From positions 864,001 through 928,000 of the forward strand of contig OZ253564.1 in NCBI GenBank assembly GCA_965262915.1: DNA of 64,000 nucleotides, in the 5' to 3' direction. Shown piece after piece: positions 9,165 to 17,875 of the stretch. The notes beneath the pieces were generated by a model, which had not been told where the DNA came from, ran no database searches, and worked only from the letters and a program-made list of their open reading frames with translations. The stretch's first letter is position 1; each line of letters starts with the position of its first letter. The position numbers were made by a program, and so were the translations under genes. Source of the stretch: Candidatus Spongiisociaceae bacterium. GTDB taxonomy: Bacteria > Actinomycetota > Acidimicrobiia > Spongiisociales > Spongiisociaceae.

Positions 9165-10805
9165 GTGGCGCCTGACTACCCCGGCGGCGATCTGGTAGTA
9201 GACCTGCTGGCCGCCCGGGGCGTACAGCACATCTTCTCGGTCTCGGGCGGACCTCTCAACCCCATTTACCACGGGACGCTGCGGGCGTCGGTCCGCATCG
9301 TTCACACCCGCCACGAGGCGGCGGCCGCCTTCATGGCCGAAGGCACCGCGCGGATCACCCGGTCGCCCGGGGTGTGCGCGGTGACGCTCGGGCCGGGGGT
9401 CACCAACACCGTCACGCCCGCTCTCACAGCTATGCGGGCCGGGGTGCCGTTCCTGATCCTGGGTGGCCAGGCCCCGGTGAAGGTCCTGGACAAGGAATCG
9501 ATCATGTCCTTCGATCCCTTGCCGGTGATGCGCCCGGTCACCAAGTACGCGGCTCGGGTCGTGGATCCCGCCCGGATCGAGGAGTATCTGGACGGAGCCT
9601 GGCGGGCCATGACCTCCGGACGCCCCGGGCCGGCCTTCCTGGAGATACCGGTGGACGTGCTGGGCGGGGAAGCACCGCCTCCCTCGTCACGGCGGGCCAA
9701 GGGCTCGCATCTCGGTCCGGGCTTGACAGCCGATCAGGTGGAGCAACTGGCGCGGCTCGTCTCGGATGCTCGCCGGCCTCTCCTGGTAGCGGGGGACGAC
9801 GTCCTGTGGTCGGCAGCCGACAACGCACTTGCCGATGCGGTTGAACACCTCGGGATTCCCTTCGTTGTCCTCCGGCTGGCCCGGGGTCTGGTGGACGAAC
9901 GTCACCGGTGCTGTGCCGGCGTGGGCTACCTGGGTTCGAACCCGCCCCTGCGGAGGACGCTCGCCGATGCCGATCTGGTGCTGGTCGTGGGTCACGAGTT
10001 CGAAGCCGATCTGGGTTACGGGGATCCCATATCCGATGATGCGGTCGTCATCCAGTCCCATCCCGACGCGGGGGTGGTCGGCAAATTCCTCACGCCCGAC
10101 CTCGGGCTGGTCGCGGGCTCCGACGTCGTTCTGGGCGCCCTGGCGAAGGCCGACCCCGGCGGGTTCGACCGGGCCTGGTGCGACGGGGCCACGGATGCGT
10201 GGCGGGACTGGCGCGACCGGGTAGCCGCCGAGCCCCGGGTACGCGGTGAGGGGATCCATCCAGCCCGGCTCTCGGCGCTGCTGGAGGACGCAACGCCGGC
10301 CGGTACCACCTTCGTGACCTCCCACGGCAACATCGACTTCTGGGCCGACCCCGTCCTGCGGGTCAGCCCCCCCGCCCGTTACCTGCGGGCGGGCCAGTCC
10401 GGTGCGCTGGGGGCCGAGATCCCCTTCGGGGTAGCGGCGAAGCTGGCCTCCCCGGCGAGCACCGTGGTGGTGATCGTCGGCGACGGGGGGTTTGCCTTCC
10501 ACGGATTGGAGATGGAGACCGCCCTCCGCTACGGAGCCCCGATCGTGGTGTTGGTGTTCGACGACGAGAAGTGGGGCGCGATCGCCCTCCCGCAGCAGCG
10601 TGCCTACGGGACCGAGATCGAACTGGACCTGCCCCGCCGGGCATGGTGGAAGGTCATGGAGGCCATGGGCGGCTATGGCGAGTATGTCGACGACGAGGCA
10701 GACCTCGCCGGTGCCCTGGACCGGGCATTCGCGTCAGGACTTCCCGCCGTGGTCCAAGTCAAGGTCCCGAGTGTCGAAGCACCCTACGTGGCGTATCACT
10801 CCTAG
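9165..10805 (+). CDS. TPP-binding enzyme (acetolactate synthase/2-hydroxyacyl-CoA lyase-like)
   Basis: RHEAAAAFMA, GPGVTN, GRPGPAFLEIP, GDGGF...VFDD. Confidence 0.85.
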   Translation: MAPDYPGGDLVVDLLAARGVQHIFSVSGGPLNPIYHGTLRASVRIVHTRHEAAAAFMAEGTARITRSPGVCAVTLGPGVTNTVTPALTAMRAGVPFLILGGQAPVKVLDKESIMSFDPLPVMRPVTKYAARVVDPARIEEYLDGAWRAMTSGRPGPAFLEIPVDVLGGEAPPPSSRRAKGSHLGPGLTADQVEQLARLVSDARRPLLVAGDDVLWSAADNALADAVEHLGIPFVVLRLARGLVDERHRCCAGVGYLGSNPPLRRTLADADLVLVVGHEFEADLGYGDPISDDAVVIQSHPDAGVVGKFLTPDLGLVAGSDVVLGALAKADPGGFDRAWCDGATDAWRDWRDRVAAEPRVRGEGIHPARLSALLEDATPAGTTFVTSHGNIDFWADPVLRVSPPARYLRAGQSGALGAEIPFGVAAKLASPASTVVVIVGDGGFAFHGLEMETALRYGAPIVVLVFDDEKWGAIALPQQRAYGTEIELDLPRRAWWKVMEAMGGYGEYVDDEADLAGALDRAFASGLPAVVQVKVPSVEAPYVAYHS

Positions 10806-10844
10806 GTGTTAGGTGTTAGGTGTTAGGTGTTAGGTGTTAGGTGT
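10803..10844 (+). repeat. Heptamer tandem repeat (TAGGTGT)x6
   Basis: Six perfect units starting at the TAG stop codon, followed by degenerate CGGCTGT CAGTGGT. Confidence 0.95.
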
Positions 10845-10940
10845 CGGCTGTCAGTGGTGACTGGCGGGACTGAAGGATTCTCGGTGTGTTGGTGACCTGT
10901 CCGTTCCGTCGGTGGCTACAGAACCGATCATCGAGGACTG

Positions 10941-10961
10941 GCACCTGGCACCTGATACCTA
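10941..10961 (-). repeat. Inverted partner heptamer array (TAGGTAT CAGGTGC CAGGTGC on the minus strand)
   Basis: GCACCTG GCACCTG ATACCTA, overlapping the stop of the convergent gene. Confidence 0.6.
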
Positions 10962-12506
10962 ATCGCCGTACATCAGTTGAATGGCCGTTGTGAGGTAGGC
11001 ACGGGCCTTGTCGGTGAGGCGCCTCCAGCCGTAGGTGTCGAGGACGTGCCGCATCAGTCGGTCGTGGGTGGCGCTGGGGTGCCTGTCCAGCCGGCGTCGC
11101 ATCAGCGCCGCGATCTCGTTGCGCGGCACTTCGTAGAGATCGCGGCTTCCGATCTCCCGCACCACGACCGCAGGACTGCCGGGAACGCGCAGCACCCGCT
11201 GGGCGTCGTTGTCCGAAGGGTCACCCAACCCGTCGATCTGCACCTGTTTCTGGTCGAGCAGGCGCCTGAGGGCCAGATCGAGTTTGTTCCTGGCCAGCTT
11301 GGTGACGCGGGTCGAGCCCGATCCCCTTATATATACCTTGTAGGCCCGGTCGGCGGTGACGGGCCCTTCGGTCTCGATGATCCTGCGAAGGCCCGGGACA
11401 GCACCGAAGGGGTGGGTGTCGCTGGGATGGGGCAGCCCGCTCTCCTCCCACGCCGTGTACGGCAGCATCGGCTGGGCGGCGGCCGGCGATCTCCGCGGTC
11501 CGAACCCCGAGATGGTTGAGGGAGGAGCCGATGGGGCTCCCGGACCCCCTCCGGCCGGCACCGCGCTGACCGGCGTCTCCCCCCGGAGCACCCGGGCGAC
11601 ATCCTTGGCGACGCTCTCCTGGGTACGGGTCTGGGCTTCGGTGGCCCACCCCCCGATATGGGGTGTGAGCACCACCCGGTCGAGCCCCAGGAGCGGGCTA
11701 CCGGCGGCAAGGGGTTCCTCCTCGAAGACATCGAGTCCGGCGCCGGCGATGCTCCCTTCCTCCAGGGCCGCCACCAAGGCCTGCTCATCGATGATCGGAC
11801 CGCGCGCAGTATTGATCAGGTAGGTCGTCGACTGCATGGCCGCGAGTTCGTCTGCGCCGATCAGGTGCCACGTCTCGTCGGTGAGGGGGACGTGGATGGA
11901 GATGAAGTCGCTGTCGGCCAGTAACCCGGCCAGGCGGCGGGGTGTCGCACCGGCCTCCTCGATGGTCTCCGCAGGCAGGTAGGGATCGTATGCGTGGACC
12001 GCCATCCCGAAGGCGAGAGCGCGCTGGGCGAGGCGTCGCCCGATCGCACCGAAGCCGACGACGCCCAGCGTCTTGCCGTCCAGTTCGCATCCCATGAAGT
12101 GCCAGGGAGGATGGCGTTCTCCCGCCACAAGCGCGGTGTGGGAGGCCACGACGTTGCGGGCCAGGCAGAGCATCAGGGCCATGGCATGGTCGGCAACCGC
12201 GGCAGCCTGGGCGCCTGCCGCATTGACCACGGTGATGCCGCAGTCCTCGGCCGCCGGAAGGTTCACCTGGTCCATTCCGATGCCGATCCGTCCGATGACC
12301 TTGAGCCGCCGGCAGCGTTCCAACACCGCGCGGGTGAGTTGGTGGGGGAACAGTTGGTAAACGACGGCGTCGGCGTCGCGAACCGCTGTAACCAGATCGT
12401 CCTGTGCGGTCACCGGAACCGTCCTCACAGTCCCGACCTCCTCCAGCACCTGGCGCGAGACACGCGTCAACTCCACCCGATCGAGAAATACGATGTCATA
12501 GCCCAT
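10959..12506 (-). CDS. D-2-hydroxyacid dehydrogenase (SerA-like) fused to a ~170-aa DUF3320-like/wHTH-type C-terminal domain
   Basis: RIGIG, GVVGFGAIG, INTARG, LDVFEEEP, TPHIGG; Pro/Gly linker; then IIETEGPV...YG.RRLT domain; start at MGYDIV (12506). Confidence 0.8.
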   Translation of the reverse strand: MGYDIVFLDRVELTRVSRQVLEEVGTVRTVPVTAQDDLVTAVRDADAVVYQLFPHQLTRAVLERCRRLKVIGRIGIGMDQVNLPAAEDCGITVVNAAGAQAAAVADHAMALMLCLARNVVASHTALVAGERHPPWHFMGCELDGKTLGVVGFGAIGRRLAQRALAFGMAVHAYDPYLPAETIEEAGATPRRLAGLLADSDFISIHVPLTDETWHLIGADELAAMQSTTYLINTARGPIIDEQALVAALEEGSIAGAGLDVFEEEPLAAGSPLLGLDRVVLTPHIGGWATEAQTRTQESVAKDVARVLRGETPVSAVPAGGGPGAPSAPPSTISGFGPRRSPAAAQPMLPYTAWEESGLPHPSDTHPFGAVPGLRRIIETEGPVTADRAYKVYIRGSGSTRVTKLARNKLDLALRRLLDQKQVQIDGLGDPSDNDAQRVLRVPGSPAVVVREIGSRDLYEVPRNEIAALMRRRLDRHPSATHDRLMRHVLDTYGWRRLTDKARAYLTTAIQLMYGD

Positions 12507-12608
12507 AGCCGGAGGGAGTCTACCGGTTGACGGCGTGTTCGTTGATGACCCACATGATGTGGATAACGCACGCAGTGCAAGCAACTGGGTAGCGTAGGTT
12601 CCCAAGAA

Positions 12609-14360
12609 GTGCTCACCCGACTGACCATCCGTAACTTCAAGGGCATTGCCGAGGCCGAGATCGAACTGGGCAACCCGGTCGTTTTCGTGGGTCCTAACGA
12701 CTCCGGGAAGACCTCTGCCCTCCAGGCTCTCACGCTGTGGGACCTGGGACTGAGACGCTGGACGGAGAAGCGGGGCGACCAGTCACCGTCGAAGCGGCCC
12801 GGGGTTGCGGTGAACCGCAGAGACCTGGTGGGCGTACCGGTTCCTTCGGCACGCCAGCTGTGGCACGAACTTAGGGTCCGCGAGACATATCGTGACGAGA
12901 CCGGCCAACGTACCGCGAACATCCGGATCGATGTGATCCTTGATGGCGCGACGCGGGTTAGGGTCGAGGAGTCGACCGAGTTCGAGTCCTGGTCATGCGG
13001 GCTCGAGTTCGACTACACCAACGAAGAGAGCTTCTACTGCCGTCCTCTCCGGACAGACGAGAGCGGCAACAAGCGTATGCCGGTTCTGCGCGAAGCGCTC
13101 CGCCCTCGCGTGGTGCTGCTCGGCCCCATGTCGGGTCTGGCCTCCAACGAGACCAGGCTCGAGCCGGGAGCGATCAACGTACGCCTTGGGGAAGGCCGCA
13201 CCGCCGAGGTGCTGCGCAATCTCTCCCTCCGCGTCACCGAACTGCCCGACGGAGAAGACCGATGGGATGCCCTTTCCGAACGCTTGGCGTCGCTCTTCGA
13301 TGCCAAGCTCGACCGTCCTCGGCTGATCCCCGAACGAGGTGAGATCGAACTCACATACGTGAACCTGGCTGGTTCCCGCTTGGACCTGACCGCGGCAGGG
13401 CGGGGCATGCAGCAGACCCTGCTGTTGTTGTCTTTCATCAGCCTCCATCCAGATAGCGTCGTGCTCCTGGACGAACCTGATGCCCACCTAGAAATCCTGA
13501 GGCAGCGTCAGACCTATGAATTGCTGAGCGAGGCCGCGGCCGACAACGGAACGCAGGTGATCTGTGCGTCCCACTCGGAGGTGGTGCTTAACGAAGCTGC
13601 AGATCGAGGCACCGTGGTGGCTTTCGTCGGATCTCCTCACCGAATCGATCACAAGTCAGAGGTTCTCAAGTCTCTCCGCGACATCGGTTTTGAGCACTAC
13701 TACCAAGCCGAGATCACCGGGTTTGTTCTGTACGTCGAGGGATCCACGGACTTGTCGCTGCTGCGTTCGTTCGCCGAGGTCCTCGGACACGGAGCACTGG
13801 CGGTGTTGGAGCGACCCTTCGTGCGTTATGTCGGTGATCGACCTGTCTCGGCGCGTAGACACTTCCACGGTCTGAGGGAGGCGAAGCCCGATCTGGTCGG
13901 ATACGCTCTGTTCGATCGACTCGAGACCCGATTGGACTTGGGCACGATCCTGGCCGGGTACATGTGGCCGCGCCGTGAGTTCGAGAACTACCTGCTTCCT
14001 ACCAAGACACTGCGCCGCTACGCCCGACAGGAGGGAAGAACCTCAGCGGTTGGGCCCCTGTTCGAGGAGTCGGAAACAGAGCAATGGGGCGCCGCCATGG
14101 ACCATGCCATCCGTGAGCACGTGCCACCGATAGCACTTCGCAACCTCGACGACGACTATTGGATTGACACCAAGGTCAGCGATGACCTGCTTGTTCGGGT
14201 ATTCGATGCCTTCTTCGAAGTGATGGGTCTGCCCAACCGGATGCCGAAGGCGAAGTATTATCGGCTCGTCCGGTACCTGGATCCGGCCGATGTTCACCCG
14301 GATGTCGTCTTTGTGCTCGACTCCCTGGTTCGCGTAGCTAACAAGGCACGGCCCGGGTAG
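12609..14360 (+). CDS. ABC-type (AAA_15/21) ATPase with C-terminal TOPRIM-like domain (OLD-family-like)
   Basis: IRNFKG, GPNDSGKT (Walker A), GRGMQQ, LLDEPDAHL, ASHS, LYVEGSTD, REFENYL. Confidence 0.8.
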   Translation: MLTRLTIRNFKGIAEAEIELGNPVVFVGPNDSGKTSALQALTLWDLGLRRWTEKRGDQSPSKRPGVAVNRRDLVGVPVPSARQLWHELRVRETYRDETGQRTANIRIDVILDGATRVRVEESTEFESWSCGLEFDYTNEESFYCRPLRTDESGNKRMPVLREALRPRVVLLGPMSGLASNETRLEPGAINVRLGEGRTAEVLRNLSLRVTELPDGEDRWDALSERLASLFDAKLDRPRLIPERGEIELTYVNLAGSRLDLTAAGRGMQQTLLLLSFISLHPDSVVLLDEPDAHLEILRQRQTYELLSEAAADNGTQVICASHSEVVLNEAADRGTVVAFVGSPHRIDHKSEVLKSLRDIGFEHYYQAEITGFVLYVEGSTDLSLLRSFAEVLGHGALAVLERPFVRYVGDRPVSARRHFHGLREAKPDLVGYALFDRLETRLDLGTILAGYMWPRREFENYLLPTKTLRRYARQEGRTSAVGPLFEESETEQWGAAMDHAIREHVPPIALRNLDDDYWIDTKVSDDLLVRVFDAFFEVMGLPNRMPKAKYYRLVRYLDPADVHPDVVFVLDSLVRVANKARPG

Positions 14361-14371
14361 CAGTCGCCGGG

Positions 14372-15388
14372 TCAGGTTCGGATCCAACGGCTCGCTTTGT
14401 ACTCCTCGACCCAGATACGCGAACTGCGCCACTGACCGTCGGGTCCCCGTGTGGCCTGCAACCGGCCACGGGTGGCTGCCGCTCGCAGAGCCGGAGCTTT
14501 CAACTCGGCCGTAGCCAGTGCAGCAAGTGGCGCCAGGCGTGCCGGCCCGGCTACGGCCGGTATCACATGCTGGTACAAGGTGTCCAGGACCGCTCGGGCA
14601 ATCAGCACGCCCAAAGTCCCCGGGTCGCCCGCATCAGCACGCTGAAGCGCTCGGACGTAGCGGTCCCTGTCACGCTTGTAGATGATTGCCGGTGGGTAGC
14701 CGCGCCTGACGAGGATCAGGTTGAGCACCAATCGCCCCGCCCGCCCGTTGCCGTCAAGGAACGGATGGATCTGTTCGAAACGGCAGTGGAGGGCGGCCAA
14801 CTGCTCCGGGAAGGTCAAAGTGGTGGGGTCGAGCGAGTTCGCCTCTTCGATCCACGTTGTCATATCCCCGGGGACGAGGGGCCATGACACCGTGGTCATC
14901 CCGCCGGGGAAGGGCTGGATCTCGTGTTCGCGATAGGCACCCGGCGATTCGCGTTCAGTGGCATCCGGGTGGGGGATCACCTCCCATACCGGTGCCATCG
15001 CCTTGTGGTGGATCATCCGTACGTCGGCCAAGGTGAGGATGGGCCCGGTGACTGAGGGCACTGATGGCGGGGCCACCTGTCCGTACACCCACTCCGCGGC
15101 CCCGGCGTATCCCTTTACTTCAAGGTATTCGCGCAGGGTTCGGTTCCCCACGGCCAATCCCTCTTCGAGCAGTTGTTCCACCTCGCGTTGGATCAAAGTG
15201 TTGCCTTCTATGGCCGTGGAGTGGTGCACTTCCCCGTGCCAGATACCCTTCCAGATGCTGGTCGCCTCGACCGGGCTGGGGAGCCCTCCCATGCGATCTT
15301 GGAGTTCCCGGATCTGGACAGCAAGCCGGCGATAGATCTCGCCGTGCGATGGTCGGCCTGGTCCGGGGATGGATATTTGTTCACTCAT
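14372..15388 (-). CDS. Fic family protein
   Basis: HPFLDGNGRAGR canonical motif; N-terminal STAIEGN inhibitory-type motif; short basic C-terminal extension. Confidence 0.9.
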   Translation of the reverse strand: MSEQISIPGPGRPSHGEIYRRLAVQIRELQDRMGGLPSPVEATSIWKGIWHGEVHHSTAIEGNTLIQREVEQLLEEGLAVGNRTLREYLEVKGYAGAAEWVYGQVAPPSVPSVTGPILTLADVRMIHHKAMAPVWEVIPHPDATERESPGAYREHEIQPFPGGMTTVSWPLVPGDMTTWIEEANSLDPTTLTFPEQLAALHCRFEQIHPFLDGNGRAGRLVLNLILVRRGYPPAIIYKRDRDRYVRALQRADAGDPGTLGVLIARAVLDTLYQHVIPAVAGPARLAPLAALATAELKAPALRAAATRGRLQATRGPDGQWRSSRIWVEEYKASRWIRT

Positions 15389-15492
15389 CGCAAAAATCAT
15401 GATACCGAACAATTGAACGGGGATCAGCTGTCGCGGATGTCTGGGTCAGCACCCTCAACCGCCTTGATCCTCCGCGCGTGTAGCGAGAGATC

Positions 15493-15548
15493 GATTTGTT
15501 GAGCTGTAGACAAATCAAAGGTACAGAACAACAGCTACATCGATGTAG
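15493..15548. promoter_or_regulatory. Two palindromes in the fic/GMC divergent region
   Basis: GATTTGT-N10-ACAAATC (15493-15516) and perfect CTACATCGATGTAG (15535-15548) in an AT-rich patch. Confidence 0.45.
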
Positions 15549-15599
15549 TTCCGGGTCCCTAGGTAGGTCACCTGAGGAAGGTGGGTAAGTTGTCGGAGT

Positions 15600-17135
15600 A
15601 TGAGTGGTTACGACACGATCGTGGTGGGGGCCGGGTCGGCAGGCGCCGTCGTAGCCGCCCGGTTGAGTGAGAACCCGGCCCGGCGGGTGTTGCTGCTCGA
15701 GGCGGGCCTCGACTACCGGTCCGGCGATACCCCGTGGCACATCCGCAGTCCCAACCCGTCGGGGATCATCTCCGATCCCGACTACCACTGGCCACAGTTG
15801 GTGGCGAGGCGAACCTCGGTACAGGAGCCGTCCCTCTATTGGCGGGGCAGAGGGGTGGGAGGCAGTTCGGCCATCAACGGGCAGATCGCCATCCAGGCCA
15901 TGCCGGAGGACTACGACCGTTGGGATCTGCCCGGATGGTCGAGTGCCGACCTGCTACCGGCCATCCGCCGTATGGAGACGGATCTCGACTTCGGGGATGC
16001 GTCCTATCACGGTGATTCAGGTCCCATCCCGGTGTACCGGGCGCCCCAGGAGGAGTGGGGGGCGGTCGATCTGGCTCTGCGCGATGCCGCCCTGATGTCG
16101 GGTCATCCCTGGCATGACGACCACAACGCGCCGGGGTCCACAGGCGTGTCTCCCTACGCCATCAACAGCAGGAACGGCCGGCGGGTGACCACCAACGACG
16201 CCTATCTGGATCCGGCTCGTGACCGGTCCAACCTGACCATCAGGGGAGGGGCGCGCGCGAACCGGGTCCTGCTGTCCGGCGGGTGGGCCACAGGGGTGGA
16301 GGCGCGCCTGGGCGGGGAGACCATGGAGATCGAGGGCGCGGAGGTGATCCTGTGCGCCGGGGCCATCCACACTCCCGCCATCCTGCAACGTTCGGGGGTG
16401 GGTCCGGCAAACCTGCTCAAGTCCCTGGGGATCGAGGTGGTGGCCGATCTGCCGGTGGGCCGGGGATTGCAGGAACATCCGGCTATCTGGCTGATGCTCG
16501 GGCTGCGGGAAGGCGCCCGGGCCCGGTCACCCGACGCCCGACACACCAACTGCTGCGTACGGTACGGATCGGGGGTGGCGGGCGGCGTACCCAACGACAT
16601 GCTGCTGTTGTCGATGAACCTGAGCGGTTACGGCGACGAGGGGTTCGGGACCGGATTGCTCGAGCTGTGCGTCTTCGAGAGCAACTCCCGTGGCGAGGTC
16701 GCCATCACCGCCGCCGATCCGGAAGTCGAACCGAGCGTGGACTTCCGGATGCTCTCCGACGCCGGTGACCTGGCGCGCCTGCGGGACGGCGTACGGCGTC
16801 TCATGGAGTTGGGCGGGGCCGATCCGATCCGGGAGATCGCATCCGAGATCTGGCTCGGACCCGAGCGGATCGATGTCGATGCGACGATGGAGGATGCCGA
16901 CATCGATGCCTGGCTGCTGCGCTCCTGCCTCGACGCCCAGCACGCCGGCGGCAGTTGCCGGATGGGGCGCCCCGACGTGCTGGAGACGGTTGTTGATACG
17001 GAGTGCCGGGTGCTGGGTGTCGATCGGCTGCGGGTGGTGGACGCATCCATCATGCCGCAGGTACCAAGGGCCAACACCCACCTGCCTACCGTGACCATCG
17101 CCGAACACGCCTCATCCCTGATCAGGGCTCGATGA
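15600..17135 (+). CDS. GMC family FAD oxidoreductase
   Basis: VGAGSAG, GRGVGGSSAING, GAIHTPAILQRSGVG, H...G.CRMG, LRVVDASIMP, ANT. Confidence 0.92.
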   Translation: MSGYDTIVVGAGSAGAVVAARLSENPARRVLLLEAGLDYRSGDTPWHIRSPNPSGIISDPDYHWPQLVARRTSVQEPSLYWRGRGVGGSSAINGQIAIQAMPEDYDRWDLPGWSSADLLPAIRRMETDLDFGDASYHGDSGPIPVYRAPQEEWGAVDLALRDAALMSGHPWHDDHNAPGSTGVSPYAINSRNGRRVTTNDAYLDPARDRSNLTIRGGARANRVLLSGGWATGVEARLGGETMEIEGAEVILCAGAIHTPAILQRSGVGPANLLKSLGIEVVADLPVGRGLQEHPAIWLMLGLREGARARSPDARHTNCCVRYGSGVAGGVPNDMLLLSMNLSGYGDEGFGTGLLELCVFESNSRGEVAITAADPEVEPSVDFRMLSDAGDLARLRDGVRRLMELGGADPIREIASEIWLGPERIDVDATMEDADIDAWLLRSCLDAQHAGGSCRMGRPDVLETVVDTECRVLGVDRLRVVDASIMPQVPRANTHLPTVTIAEHASSLIRAR

Positions 17136-17237
17136 CACGGACCACGATCCACTCACCACTCTGCGAAACTCAGGGCTCAAGGCCGACTGCTCCTTGCACC
17201 GGCATGCTCCAGGACCGCTCCCCGAAGGACGGACCCC

Positions 17238-17702
17238 ATGATCGATCCAATCCCCGACGACCGCCCCAGAGTCTCGACGTACCTGTGCGTGGACGGTGCG
17301 GCTGAAGCCATCGGCTTCTACACGAGCGTCCTGGGGTTCACCGAGCAGCGCCGTATGGAGTTCGGCGGCCGGGTCGGCCACTGCGAGTTGGCCCTAGGGG
17401 ACTCGCTCCTGATGCTGTCCGACGAGTTTCCCGAGATGGGCGTTGTCGGCCCCAAGACGCTGGGCGGAACCCCAATGTCCATGAACGTCTACGTCGAGGA
17501 CTCCGACGCCACGTTCGCGGCTGCTATGGCAGCCGGCGCCACCGAGTTGCGTCCGGTCGAGCACCAGTTCTACGGCGACCGGTCCGGACAGTTCGAGGAT
17601 CCGTGGGGCCACCGTTGGAGCGTGACAACCCATGTTGAGGACGTGGACGACGACGAACTGGGGCGCCGGGCCGCCGCGCTGATGAGCGAGTCTGACGACT
17701 GA
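17238..17702 (+). CDS. VOC/glyoxalase (PhnB-like) protein
   Basis: AIGFY, GHCEL, MLSDEFPE, QFYGDRSG, DPWGHRW. Confidence 0.9.
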   Translation: MIDPIPDDRPRVSTYLCVDGAAEAIGFYTSVLGFTEQRRMEFGGRVGHCELALGDSLLMLSDEFPEMGVVGPKTLGGTPMSMNVYVEDSDATFAAAMAAGATELRPVEHQFYGDRSGQFEDPWGHRWSVTTHVEDVDDDELGRRAAALMSESDD

Positions 17703-17753
17703 AACGGAGAGTCCGGAACCGATCGGCCACGTTTCCTTAGGACGGTCGACCGG

Positions 17754-17781
17754 CAGCCGGCAACTGACAACTGACAACTGA
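17754..17781 (+). repeat. Heptamer repeat CAGCCGG(CAACTGA)x3
   Basis: Direct reading. Confidence 0.7.
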
Positions 17782-17875
17782 CCATGGCCACCTGCTACCG
17801 TGCCATTCGTGTTGACATCCGGATCGAAGTCCACGATCCGTCTCCCGAAAGGCGCGGTATGAGGTCGGTTCCAAC

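Noticed and set aside
8915-9198. Small ORFs such as MVCLENNLPC... (also 7519-8637 and 22214-22540) that share peptide motifs
   Set aside because: The similarity comes from translating repeat family A; there is no independent coding evidence.
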